Part shown: one piece after another, positions 13,441 to 26,059 of the stretch
Layout of the letters: each line of letters begins with the position of its first letter
Numbering within the stretch: position 1 is the stretch's first letter
Assembly (NCBI GenBank): GCA_038087875.1
Contig: CM075988.1
Span: forward strand, 20,028,001-20,092,000
Source: Malacoraja senta
Taxonomy: Eukaryota
Reading direction: 5' to 3'
Length of the DNA stretch: 64,000 bases
Position numbers and translations under genes: made by a program
Notes under the pieces: generated by a model
Seen by the model: only the letters and a program-made list of their open reading frames with translations
Database searches by the model: none
What the model was told of the DNA's origin: nothing

Positions 13441-13794
13441 TCGTCACCTAGTTGTTTATACTTTATACTTTAAATAACTTTAAAATACTTTATATAATTT
13501 CAAAGAGATCTTCATTTTGCAGGGATGTTATCTAATAACTTTAAACTATACCTTTGTAGTTTTAAGTAACTGATATACTGTAGACACAAATTCTCATTGG
13601 TAAAAGAAAGAGCCCAAATAACACAAAATTACACCATGTGTGAGGTCTACTATAGGTCCAACATGTGATTGCTAATAAATAGATTATGAGTAGTTTCATA
13701 TTGGTTAACTACCATTCCAGTATGTGACAGCTCTTATTGCTCCGTTCTTTTACTAAAACTTATCTAACAAATCTTCTCTTTAAAAACAACATAG

Positions 13795-13953
13795 GGCGCA
13801 CAAAATATAAACAAGAAAGTAATGGTGCAAAGTATACAACAATCAGTATATTGAAAATCAAAGGACATAACAAAAATTCCAGAATTGACTGTTTGGTTCG
13901 ACATGAAGCATTAAACAGAACTCTTAGAGCAACCTACAGATTTGATAACAATT
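13795..13953 (+). CDS. CRTAM: CRTAM exon 5, IgC C-half (…YTTISILKI…IDCLVRHEAL…)
   Basis: Acceptor catag, 159 nt, CxVxH C-set motif, donor GTGAGT. Confidence 0.92.
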
Positions 13954-14150
13954 GTGAGTAGGATTTTCATCATCATAAATGCTTTTGTGCTTTGAGAGCT
14001 ATGTTTTTAAATGATAGACATATACTGACTACAAAAAGTAGTTGTCACTTATGACTTCATATATTTATGAAATATTGAATATTTACCAAATATCAAATGA
14101 GGTTTAATGAGGCTGCAGCCTGTAAATAATTTATATTTTGTTTGCCACAG

Positions 14151-14195
14151 ACAATGTATTTGGACCAACTGAATCATACACACAAACTGCAAGTG
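14151..14195 (+). CDS. CRTAM: CRTAM stalk exon 6 (YNVFGPTESYTQTAS)
   Basis: Acceptor tttgccacag, donor GTGAGT, 45 nt, phase 1-1, Ser/Thr-rich. Confidence 0.78.
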
Positions 14196-14869
14196 GTGAG
14201 TTTTAGTTTCAATCGCAGTTCTTCATCCTGTCAGTCTGACTGAACTATACACATTCTCTTCCATCTGTGGTAATGTGGGTGTAGTTTGGAGATACATGGC
14301 TTCACATCCTCATTAAAAAGTGCTTATCCCACTCTGAGCTTAATGGCTCAAATATGTAGACAACAAGAATGATGCAAGGAAAATTTCAAGCCAATCTTTT
14401 ACCCTTCATTGTGACCCTACCTTATGTAAGCTTTTCAAAAACTCCACACTTCCATGAAAGGATGTACACAAATATTTTTTCCTAATTCAATTATTAGATA
14501 ACTTAATGGGTCATCTGTAAGCTAGTTATTTGTAACCCTTAGAACCATATGTATAATATTCCTTAAGCCTTCTGGACCATAAAACAATTGCAAAGACATG
14601 AAGGTACAGTTGGCTAAGTTTGAGTGGGAAAATTGATTAAAGCATCATATAATAGATTCCTAATAGTTTATTGTCTGTTACACCAGGGTATAATAACATT
14701 TCTTGTTCACATAAAGCTAATAGAGTACACAGAATACAAGACAATGATAGATACAACAATAAATACAATTACAAAATTTTGAGAAAACAAGAAATAATGA
14801 CAAACACATAATGAAAAGGAAAACTTATATTTGAGGATAAACACTAGAAACATAAGAACATACAATAAA

Positions 14870-17200
14870 AGTTAAAGTAAACATTGGTGCCTTTGAAGAT
14901 GAGACTAGGGGATTAATAATGGGAAGAAAGGGAATGACTGAGATTTCAAACACGTATTTTGCATCTGTCTTCTGTCTTCATAGTTGAACACATTAAAAGC
15001 ACCTGGATTATAGTAAATGATCAGGAGCAGAGAGGAAACACAGGGAAAAAAATGTTAAAATCATAACAACATGAACAGAAACAAAGTAATAGGCAAACTA
15101 TTGGGGATTGAACAGTCCCAGGATCTGATAACCCATACCCAGGGTCTTTAAAAGGTGGCTGCAAAGGTAGTTATGATTGGTTATGATCTTCCAAAGTTTT
15201 CACTATTGTGTAAATATTTCTTGCCGGCTGGAAAATGAAAAATCCTTATACAATAAAGAAAAAACATGGAAAACAGGAAACTATAGGCCTGTTAGAAAAA
15301 TGTTAGAATCCATTACAAAGCAGTGGCAGGACACTTAGAAAATCATATTATAATTGACAACAAAATGTTATTAAAAAATATGAAGGATAATAAAGAGCAA
15401 GGATAAAGGGGTAATCAATAGAACAGTAGATCAATAGTACAGCATAGAACCAGGACCACGATGTGTCTGTCAAACATAACATCAAAGTAAAGTCATGCCT
15501 TCTGCCTGTACATAATCCAAATCACCCTTATTCCCTTCATGTGCCACTCTAAAAACCTCTTAAAGGCCACTTTGATTGCTCCACCGCTTGCACCAGTACC
15601 CCAGCAGTGCATTCCAGTCACCTACCACTCGCTATATAAAACTTGCCCCATAGATCTCCGTAATATCACGTCACCCATTCCCTCTCTCCAACGGTGCTGC
15701 CTGTCCCGCTGTTACTCCAGTTTTTTGTGTCTATCTTCTGTAATATCATAGTTCTATGTACTAATCCAGGATGCAAGTTCATCAACTTTACCCATATACT
15801 TCTTGCATTGAAATAAACGCAATAAACCCTGAAGGTCCTGTTATTTAACCGACTACCTAACTCCCTAAATTCTCTTTGCAGGACTTAATTTCCCTTCCTA
15901 CCTATGTCATAGGCACCAATATGGACTATAAACTTTGGCTGTTCACCCTCCCCTCTCAGATGTCCTGTGCCCACTCAAAGCCATTTTTCACCCTGGCACC
16001 AGGGAGGCAACACCATACTGGAGTCTCGCTTGTGGCCACAGAAATGCCTGTCTGTACCTTAACTGTAGAGTGCACCGCTGCACACCAGTTAGCCCAACCC
16101 TACTCTTCAATTGAGCCAGGCATTGTGCCACTGTCCTGTCTGTTGCTGCTATTTGCTCCTGAGAGGCCTTCACCCCCAACAATATCCCAAATGGTATGCT
16201 TGTAGACACAGTATATTTGGAAATCAAAGTTGTGAAGAAATCACAGAAAAATCTACAAAATAATATAGATAGGTTACATAGATGGAAACAATCAGACAGA
16301 ATACAAAGCAAGGAAATGTGAAATTCTTTACTTTGATAGTTTAGTTTAGTTTAGTTTAGTTTAGTTTGGAGATACAAGTTGGAAACAGGCCCTTTGGCCC
16401 ACCAAGTTCACGCCGACCATCTATCACCCATTCACACTAGTTCTATTTGATCCCGGAAATATTAAATACAGAAATGTGAAACTGTTCACTTTGATAGGGA
16501 AAGTGCAAAAGCAGAATATTGTTAAATGGAAGCTAGATGGATCTGGTTGACTTTGTGCATTGAATACCGAAAGCATTCAGGTAGTGTAAGTAATTAAGAA
16601 GGCAACTGGAATATTGGCCTATATTGTAAAAGAGGTGAAGAACAGAAGTCGGTAAGTCTTGCGCCAATTGCAAAAATGTACTGGGCACAGTCTTGGTCCT
16701 CTTATTGAAGTAGAGAGATAGTAGCATGGAGATGGTTCAGAGAAGGTTCACTGTGTCCTGGGGCGGTCTTACGCAGAAAAATAATAATAATAATAATAAT
16801 AATAGATTTTATTTATATAGCGCTTTTCAGGACTCAAAGTCGCTTTGAAATAGAGCTGATTGTGCCTTTACTCTTAAGAATTTAGAAGCATCGGGGGTGA
16901 TCTTACTGAATCAGATAAGATTCTGAGGAAATGTGACAAAAGGATGCTGCTCTTACCTTTTGAGAATTAGAATTGTGGAGTATAGTTTCAGAAATAGAAT
17001 TTGCTTCTTAAGATAGAGATGAATGTGAATAAATCTTTGGAATTCTCTCTTGCAGAGTTGTAGAGGCTGAATCATTAAATATATTCAAGGCCAGGATAGA
17101 CACTTAAACTATGGGATAATAAGAAACAGACAGGAAAGTGAACGCACACCATAACCTTATTGATTATGGCGCAGACTGTATCTTATGACATATACCTACT
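14870..17200 (+). mobile_element. Old fragmented CR1 LINE pieces interleaved with SINE tails
   Basis: Degenerate CR1 ORF2-like nucleotide blocks (e.g. ggaaactataggcctgttag; aaggcaactggaatattggcct); boundaries approximate. Confidence 0.5.
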
Positions 17201-17759
17201 TCTGAAATGCTCCACCTTGTGGTTAAACATAAGATAACCAATAGCAAAAGTGCTACAGTAAAGAAAAAAATAGTTTTTTGCTCAGTCAAGTATAAATTCC
17301 AGGAAGTACACTAATAAACTCAAAAGATTAGTCGAAGTATCTTTTATTCAAAATATTTTATTCAAAATCTTGTAGTCTTCCTACTGGTTAGAGAATAACA
17401 GATTATCTAAGAAAGGCCTATCCCCTTTCTCCAGAGATGCTGCCTGACCCGCTGAGTTACTCTAGTATTTTGTGTCTATCTTCACTGCCTTCACACAACT
17501 GAGTTTATCAACGCACCAATGGGACATGTTAGCTAATTTTATTATGTGTACTATTCTTATGACTGTTTATCATCCCACTTGGATTAATCCCCAAATGAAA
17601 TGGTACAGTTCTAAAAATCAAGGTCTGGCCTGCATTTACACAGCAGTGTATTAGTTAATTAACTTGATGTGTATAAACTCTGCTGCAGATTTTTTACCAA
17701 CCTGTGAATAACACTGCTTAAGTTTGACTCAATTTGCTTCACCTTTGAATCCTTTTTGT

Positions 17760-17920
17760 TTGGCCTTTGGGATGTGGGAGAGAAACTGTAGCATCCGGAG
17801 GAAACCCACGCGGTCATAGGGAGAACACGCTAACTCCACTCAGACAGCGCACAAGGTCAGAATCAAACCAGGGTGTCTGGAGCTGTGCGGCAGTGGCTCT
17901 ACCAGCTGTGCCACTGTACC
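17760..17920 (-). mobile_element. V-SINE fragment
   Basis: Reverse complement of the V-SINE head and V-domain. Confidence 0.65.
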
Positions 17921-18395
17921 AATCCCCATGAATTGGCATTCATTCATGGTGAACTACATTAGAAAAAAAACAGTAAATGCAGAAACTATATGGAATGTAT
18001 TCTGAGTGGGTTGCTGTTATGTTCATAAGTGACTTGGAAGCACTAACCTAAACTATTTAGTTGCCAAATTATGTTACAGGAAGTAGTGAGCAAACCACAC
18101 GAGGGATAAACCCATTTGTCCTTGTTGACACCAATCTCACTGTGCAGATGCATCTACACATGATTGCATTAGGTGCATATAGACAACTCCTGTTTTCAGA
18201 CGAAGGATGCACTCCATCATGTTGTGTGAGACTACCATCATACTAAAAGTGATAGACACAAAACAGATCTAACAATTCGATACTGGAGATCCATGAGGCA
18301 CTGTGGACTGTTGGAAGTGGCAATGTTCGTTGTAACAATATATTAATATTGTCAATTCATAAAGTGTAAATATTAATTTCCTTCTCATTTAACAG

Positions 18396-18440
18396 ATGAT
18401 TTCCTCACATCAACAGATGATTCAATGTTGCGTACAAATG
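18396..18440 (+). CDS. CRTAM: CRTAM stalk exon 7 (DDFLTSTDDSMLRTN)
   Basis: Polypyrimidine tract plus aacag, donor GTAATT, 45 nt, phase 1-1. Confidence 0.7.
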
Positions 18441-20892
18441 GTAATTAATTCTGCTTAAGCTAAAAAGAGTAATTAAAATGTAAATTTTGGGGGATTCTCA
18501 TATAAGAGATATCTAGAAAATGTACCAATTGTACTTTATTCAATGGCTGAAATAACCGAAGTCAGAAAACACCAATGCAAAATGTAGGTTGTGTAGTTAG
18601 GTAATAGTATCCTTCTCCCTCAGAGAGTAGTTCGTATCTGGAATGAACTTCCCAAAGAAGCTACAGTACCAGATACAGTTATGACTTTTAACAGATAACA
18701 GACAATAGGTAGGAAAGGTTTAGAGGGCAATGGGCCAAATGCAGGCAAATGGGACTAGCCTAATATGCCACCTTGGGCAGCATGGACGAGATGGGCCAAA
18801 GGGTATGTGTCCGTGGTGTGGCTCCAAGACTCCATGACATTCTAATCTTAAGCATTTGAGATAGCACCAGCAACTTCTACTTTACTGGACAGAAATTAGT
18901 ACTGCACTAATCTCCTTTAGAAAAGCATAACTAAAAATACAACTGTCATTATTTAATCTTTAATCCTGTTCTGCTAATAGCAAAATTTGAGCAGAGTTCA
19001 AGGGAATGAAGAGATTGAAACTGAATGAAATGTGGCATAAATGGAAATAGGACACATGATTTAAATTAAAAGTATCAGCATAATTACAGAGAACTGGGGC
19101 AGGAAACCATCGGTTTTCAGAGGTGTGTGGGGGAAGGATTGGTACCAGCAAAGTGATATATGTCCTGGGGGAGGAAAATCAGAATGCATGTGAAGTAACG
19201 AATGGTTTGAGAGGGGAAAGAGTAGGGAATCAATGGTGGCAAAATGGGACTGTGGGATGAGGCAGGATGGTGTGGATGCTTAGCACCTTGGATTTGCAGA
19301 ACCATGATGAGATAGGCAGTAAATCAACAGAACCCTAATTTCAACATTTTTGAACAGTATTTCAAACTGACAAATATTCAGTCCTATTCTATGACTGCTC
19401 AGTCATTTTCAAATCTGTGCTGTCATTGTCCTTTTAATGCCACTGACTTTAATTGTTCTTTCTATTTTATTCTAATTTCTTTTCATTTGACTTAATGAGG
19501 GCATCACTGTCTCCTTGGTTTGATAGGCAACAAAATGCTGGAGAACACAGCATATCAGAAAGCTATGGGGAATGTCTGACAAAGAGGCATAGACCCAAAA
19601 TGTAGACTATTTATCTGTCCACAGATATGGCCTAACCTGATAACTCTTTCAAGAGTTTCTTGTTTATTTTTCTGATTTACAACATTTGCACGATTTTTGA
19701 TTTTTATTGCATACCCTATACCCGGCCTCTGGGACTGGTTGGAGGGAGTAGGGTTCTTGTGCCTTGGTGATTCATATTTTTTTCTTTTTTAGCATGATAA
19801 CAAATCTCTAAAATAAATATATTTATCATGTAAAAATGGTGGGAATAATCACATTTTCAATAACTCCACCATGCAAAAGCACTATGCAATGTGCCACCTC
19901 ACTACTTTAATCTTACAAATGCTTTAAAACAACAGTTCTGATAATCAGAAATTGTATGCTCCTTTCTTATTAATAATTAAGGATATGCTGATGGAATTAT
20001 ATTACAGAGTTCAGTTAAAATAACAGCTAACAGATGAACCTACCTTCATAAACTACGCTGAAATATGAAAATTAAGGAATCAAGCATACAAACATTTAAA
20101 ACAATGTTTCACCTAGTACATACAAAAATAATGAATGCAAACACAGGATTTGTTTGTGTAGAACATTGTTTTTATTTGCGTTAACAAATTTGAAACTTAA
20201 CAAATATTCAAACATCTGATTCTTAAATTATGTTTATCTTAATTGAGGAAAACCTATCATTGAGAATTCAGAATAAATAGAGAGACATGGAATATTCCAT
20301 AAATATAGAAACTGCAGTCACATTTTCCATTGAGTCATAGAGTTGTAGAGCTTATAAATAGGCGTTTTGTCCCAACACATATATGCCGACTGTATTGCCT
20401 GTCCACACAAATCCAATTTATTTGCATTAAGGCTGTATCCTTCTACTCTTTTTCAATCCAAGTACATGCCCAAGTGTCTTTTAAACATTGTTTATGCCTC
20501 TGCCGCCTCCTCTAGCAGCTCATTCCGTACAACCTCTGCCCTCGGGGTGAAAAACTGGCAACTGCAAAATAATTCCGAAGATAATTATTTTGTTTTGGGC
20601 TCTGTCAAAATTTAGTTTTCATACCTAAATTGAAATTGTTAACCTTCCCATTGTGTGTGGGAACAGGGAGGCTGATTATCTATTCATCGCAGCATTTAAA
20701 AGCTATAAACGGACAGCAGGAAAATGGTGTTGAGGTCAAGAATGGATTAGCCATCAATTTATTTCAACAATCCAACGTTTCTAACTTTTCAGCTTGTATG
20801 CAAGATAGTTTCAGGAAGGGATTATTTATTTTTGATACATTTGCTGCTTCTTTATCAATTGACTTTTAAAATCTGATTTTTATTTCAACCAG

Positions 20893-20997
20893 TGGAAAAT
20901 GACACAACATTGAATACAAGCTCTACACCTATCATGGAGTTACCAATCACAGAAATTCAAACAAGCACCTTCAAGACAAAAGCAGATTCATTCATCG
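20893..20997 (+). CDS. CRTAM: CRTAM stalk exon 8 (VENDTTLNTSSTPIMELPITEIQTSTFKTKADSFI)
   Basis: Acceptor accag, donor GTGAGT, 105 nt, phase 1-1, Thr/Ser-rich with N-glycosylation sequons. Confidence 0.8.
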
Positions 20998-21009
20998 GTG
21001 AGTTCATTC

Positions 21010-21793
21010 ATTGCAACATGGAAATGAGGTTGGTGGAGGTGCTGCGAGCCTGCAGCCCTGCCAGCAGCGTGTTCGTTTTTTCTACTTTTTTTGTTTTTTT
21101 TGTGTGTCTCAATGTGTGTTTTTAAAGTTTCTTTGTGTGTCTTGTGTGGGGGGCGCAGCGAGGACTCTTTCGTCGCGAAACGGGTGAGCCCTCGCCGGGG
21201 GTCGCCGGAGAGGAACGCTCCGTTCGCTGGCCCGGGGCAGCCTGGGGCCGCGGTCTGCGGAGCTCCAGCTGGCGCGGCTTCCGCAGCCTGGGATCCCTCG
21301 TTGGGGACCCGGGAGGAGAAGAGCTCCGACCGCCGGCCTGCGGGCACGGCGGGGACTTACCATCCGGAGCGGGGTCCCTCGCCGGGGATCCCTGGAGAGG
21401 AGCTCCGACCGCCGGCCCTGCGGTCTGTGGTGCTTCTGGCTGCGGCGCAGCGGGGACTTTAGATCTTCGACTGCCGGCCTGCGGCCCACACCATCTTGAA
21501 GCCGCGGTCTCCGGTGGGGAGGCACCGATTCAGGACTTACCTGGACTTACCTTGTCTGAACATCTGGACGCCCGCAGCAGCGACTGCGGAGGGTTGAGGT
21601 CCAGACCCTGGAGGAGGACAGACCAAATTTTGTGCCTTCCACCACAGTGATGAATGCTGTAGTGGATGTTTGTGTTAAATCTTTATTGTGTATTGTGTGT
21701 TCTTTTTTTATTGTACCACTGCTGGCTAATTCATTTCACTGCACTTTATGTGCAAGTGATGAATAAAACTTGACTTGACTTGACTTGACTTGA
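21010..21793 (+). mobile_element. GC-rich non-autonomous retroposon with an AATAAA-(CTTGA)n tail
   Basis: CpG-rich body, block gccttccaccacagtga shared with 1310-1905, same tail repeat as the Rex1 copy. Confidence 0.6.
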
Positions 21794-21859
21794 TTATTTT
21801 AAAAAGATAAATCATATGGCCACAATATATTTTAAAATTCTTTTTCCTATTTTTTTCAG

Positions 21860-21910
21860 CATATGGTAGCACTCCACTCAATTCAAATGAAAACAGCACA
21901 CAGAGAAATG
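21860..21910 (+). CDS. CRTAM: CRTAM stalk exon 9 (AYGSTPLNSNENSTQRN)
   Basis: Strong T-tract plus cag, donor GTATGT, 51 nt, phase 1-1. Confidence 0.78.
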
Positions 21911-22079
21911 GTATGTAATCAATATTTTCTTGCACGAATAAAATATATTTCACAACATTTATTATGTGCATGACAAGCAGCATGCTCTGTCATTTTCAAA
22001 TTGAAGTGGAACAGCAATGACAGAAATTTCTGGGAATAATCTGAAAGATGCAGGATCTTTTCATTTCAAAGAAGAAGAA

Positions 22080-22815
22080 AAATCTAGGGGGAGAAAGAGG
22101 AGACCGTGGCTGACAAGGGAAGTCAAGGACAGTATAAAACTAAAAGAGAAAGCATATAACATAGCAAAGATTTGTGGGAGTCAGAGGATTGAGAAGTTTT
22201 TAAAGAACAACAGAGGGTAACTAAAAAGACAATACGGGGAGAAAGATGAAATACAAAGGTAAGCTAGCCAATAATATAAAAGAGGATACCAAGAGTTATA
22301 TAAGTTAGCAAGTTATATAAAGAGCAAGAGAGAGGCAAGAGTGGACGTCGGACTACTGGAGAATGATGCAGAAGTGATAATGGGGAATAAAGAAATGGCA
22401 GAGGAGTTGAATAACATTTTTGCATCAGTCTTCACAGTGGAAGACACCAGCATATAACATAGCAAAGATTAGTGGAAACCGAGAGGATTGGGAACAACAG
22501 AGGGTAACTAAAAAGACAATACGGGGAGAAAAGATTAAATTCAGGAGAGTAGGGGGTGGAAGTTAGTGGAGCAGCTATTACCAGGGAGGTGCTTGGGAAG
22601 TTGAAAGGGCTGAAGGTGGATAAGTCACCTGTGCCGGATGGACTGCACCCTAGGGTTCTGAAAGAGGAGGCTTTAGAGATTGTGGAGGTATTGATAGTGA
22701 TATTTCAGGAATCACTAGTGATCCCAGATGATTAGAAAATTGCCAATATTACCCCGTTGCACAAAAAAGGTGCAAGGCAGAATAGTGGGAACTATAGGGC
22801 AGTTAGTCTGACTTG
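22080..22815 (+). mobile_element. CR1 LINE fragment with an internal duplication of about 90 bp
   Basis: RPWLTREVKDSIK…; KSPVPDGLHPRVLKE-like; block 22152-22250 repeated at 22450-22540. Confidence 0.75.
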
Positions 22816-24760
22816 TACACTCATATCTTACAATGTTTCCCTGTGGAATAGTCTCCAACCTTTCTAAGCATCTGCAAATTAAAATGTCATAGGTCACATG
22901 CCTTTGCTAACAGAATTGGCCACCAGCTCTGAGGTGCTCACATTGGTGTTCTCATCTTTGCATTTAAATCCCCCCATGATTTTGCCAGTCTAACTTTCTT
23001 TGTTCAATTACACTTTATGATATTCATTTCATTGACTCGACAGTTGATTATTCCTCACTCTTTCAGCCATATCAACTAACAAACCCCCTATGTTATAGAA
23101 TATCCTCTCTTCATTCCTCCATCTATCTAGCCTGTTAGGCTATCTAACTGGTTTTAAACTCTTTAACAAACTTTTACTATGTCTATTTGGCTCAGATTAC
23201 AGCTTTGTGACATGCCATGGGAGGGGTTAAGGAGGGGCGGAGGGGGGGGGGGGTCAAGTCGCATATTGTTTAAAATTGGTTAATTTTATATTCACTATAA
23301 GAATCAAGGGTTTTGGGTAGACAGCAGGAGAGTGGTATTGAGTGGTGTTAAATTATCTAGATATAAATGTTAAACTAATGACTCAAGGATTGAAGCTACT
23401 TTACTTATGTAGAAGGGTAGAATTATTTTCCTCATCTATTATCAATGACTAAAATAAAATGGACGTTTGAAAAGCATGCACATTTACATGGGGAGAACGC
23501 CTCTATGCTTAGGATTCATCTCAATTTGTTAGTTTGACGTCCAAAAGCAAAATATAGTAGATTTTGACATTTTGAAACATACACAAGATTGGTCTATCCT
23601 GTCATGTTGTTTAAGGTACAATTCTGTGAGCAGTATCACGCCACATTGTTGCCTGACGCGTGTGAGACAGTTCTCCCAATTTGAACACCAGTCCCTAGAC
23701 CTTTGTAAGGAAGATTTTATAAGATTCAGTGAGCTGAAAGAATCACAGCCATGCCTGATACCTGATGCAGGTACAGTACAGTATTTACTGTGGAACAACA
23801 GGCATTCTGAAATGCTTTGTTAGAGAAATAATCACTTTTTCCATTTATTTTCCCTCTTCATTATTTTTAGTTGATTATAAGATGTATAATTAGTTATGTC
23901 AGGTGATGACAGTCATTGTTGTAGTTGTAGTTAAGTTGTACTTACCTCTTCAATGTCCTGTTCCTTCTGTATGAGTAATGAAATGTTGATAGTCTTGGCA
24001 GTTAGCAATATCATGAAAATGACTCTTCAATGTATGGAATCTGCATCTGAAATGAAAGTAAAATGGCTTAACCAATACTCATAACATTTTGAAAGATGTT
24101 GATCACAATTTTATACACATACATGATTTCTTTAAAGGATGATTTTGGAAAAGTGATGCCCACTAAAGTTGTTTTTTTTGCTGGTGTTGATCAAAGGCCA
24201 AATATTGAAAAATTATGCTCTGCCTTGTTTTGGATAGGCTATTGAAACGTTTCAACACCCAAATTAACTTTCAAATCTGACAAATGCCTCTTACAAAGAA
24301 AGACTATCTTAAAATTACAGAATTCCTTCAGTATTGCACCAAAGTAACGGACAGAGTTTAAACAAGTATAGCTTACATTTATAAATCATCTCTTATAAAC
24401 CTTGATCATTCCAAGCTCTTCACATCCAACCTTGCATTTTTTTTTTTAATCAAGCTGCAGCATGGAGTTACCATTCACAAAAATTCAAGCACTTTCCAGA
24501 ATAAAGAATATTTCACCTGGTAACCCAAATGTACTCTTCAAGTCATGTGTTCAAAATAAAACATAAATTATGAAAAAAAGTTCATTCAAGGATCTGGACA
24601 ATATTGGTAAAGCCATTATTTGTTGTCCAGCCCTAAATGTCCCCTTAACAGAGTGGCCTGCTGAGTCTTTACAAACAACTATTAAAAGACAACCACATTG
24701 TTACAGGTCCGTAGTCACACATTAGCTGGGGAAGTACAATAAATCTATTTTCCTGAAGAG

Positions 24761-25068
24761 CGGCATGGTGGCACAGCGCCAGAGTTGCTGTCTTACAGCG
24801 CCGGAGTCCCAGGGTCAATCCTGACTACGGGTGCTGTCTGTCTGTCAGGAGTTTTACGTTCTCCCTGTGATCTGCATGAACTTTCTCCGGGTGCTTCAAT
24901 TTTCTCCCACACTCCAAAGACATTCAGGTTTGTAGGTTAATTGGCTTTGGTAAAATTGTAAATTGTTCTTGTGTGTAGGATAGTATGGGTGTGTGAGGAT
25001 TTATGGTCAGCGCGGACTCGGTGGGCTTAAGGGCCTGTTTCCGCGCTGTATCTCCAAACTAAATTAAA
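24761..25068 (+). mobile_element. tRNA-derived V-SINE (HE1-like)
   Basis: A-box TGGCACAGC, B-box-like region, V-domain (…ttctccgggtgct…tcccacactccaaagac…), (TAAAC)-type tail. Confidence 0.75.
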
Positions 25069-25449
25069 CAAGATTAGTGAATTAGATTGATTTTTTATGA
25101 AAGATCAGTGTTTATGATTATCATCACTAGCTTTCCATTCCATATTTATTTAATTGCTTAAGATTAAGTTATCTCAACTGCATGAATAAATAGTTCAACC
25201 TAATGAGCACACATCCTTAAGCATAAGGATAGCCATTGTAACCCCCTTACCCAAGCCATGCTAGAAATCAAATGATTCATTACATAGTAGAGTTTAACAC
25301 TGTAGAAGATCAAGTTATTAATTGTTTTCTCTCATGATTCAGCATAACCTGAATTCTCCTCTTATAGAACAATACCTTCATACTGTTCCATATCCAATAA
25401 TCAATTATTATTTTACTTCATTATGTTCAATCCTTTGTTTATTTTTCAG

Positions 25450-25554
25450 AACGGACTACATTCAATTCTACGGTAACTTGGAATAAAGCAAATACCTCAT
25501 CCATTGACAGTGAAAAGACAACATTTACAATAAAATGTCAAAGCAATCTAACCA
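25450..25554 (+). CDS. CRTAM: CRTAM stalk exon 10 (ERTTFNSTVTWNKANTSSIDSEKTTFTIKCQSNLT)
   Basis: Acceptor tttttcag, donor GTAAGT, 105 nt, phase 1-1. Confidence 0.8.
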
Positions 25555-26059
25555 GTAAGTTTATCTAACCTTATTCCCAAATCATGGGTGGCATGCAACT
25601 ACATTTTGGTGGTGGCGGGGGGGGGGGGGGGGGTTGCTCAAATGCAAAGAATCACTTGGTTTGGGCTTTGGAAATTGAGTATATCAGAAAGTTGGAGTCA
25701 AGACCATGAGGATCTGAAGGTCAGAGTAGTGGGTATTAGAATAATACCCTGAGCCTTGTTGGGTAAACTACAAGGTCAGATGATTTTGAATATTGTAAGT
25801 GTAGCCAGAGCTATCAATGGCAAGTTAGAAACTGCTTTGCAAAACCTCTGCTAAAGTCTCTGCAATGTTCTAAAAGGACCATGCATTACCTATGAACTCA
25901 TCCCACACATGGCTGTCGCAGAAGTCATATCAGGTCCGGTGCACAAATGTAACTCACACTGGGAAGTGCCAGTTTGATTTCTTGAGGCACAAAACATCCA
26001 TAAAATGTTTGATTCAATTTGGGCAAAGTTAATTTCCAGTTGCATTGTGTTATGTTTTA

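Noticed and set aside
18080..18172. Possible extra CRTAM stalk exon (GSSEQTTRG…)
   Set aside because: Weak acceptor tract and no convincing phase-1 donor.
20988..21650. Overlapping GC-rich ORFs on both strands
   Set aside because: Stop-poor GC-rich retroposon body; no splice or domain support.
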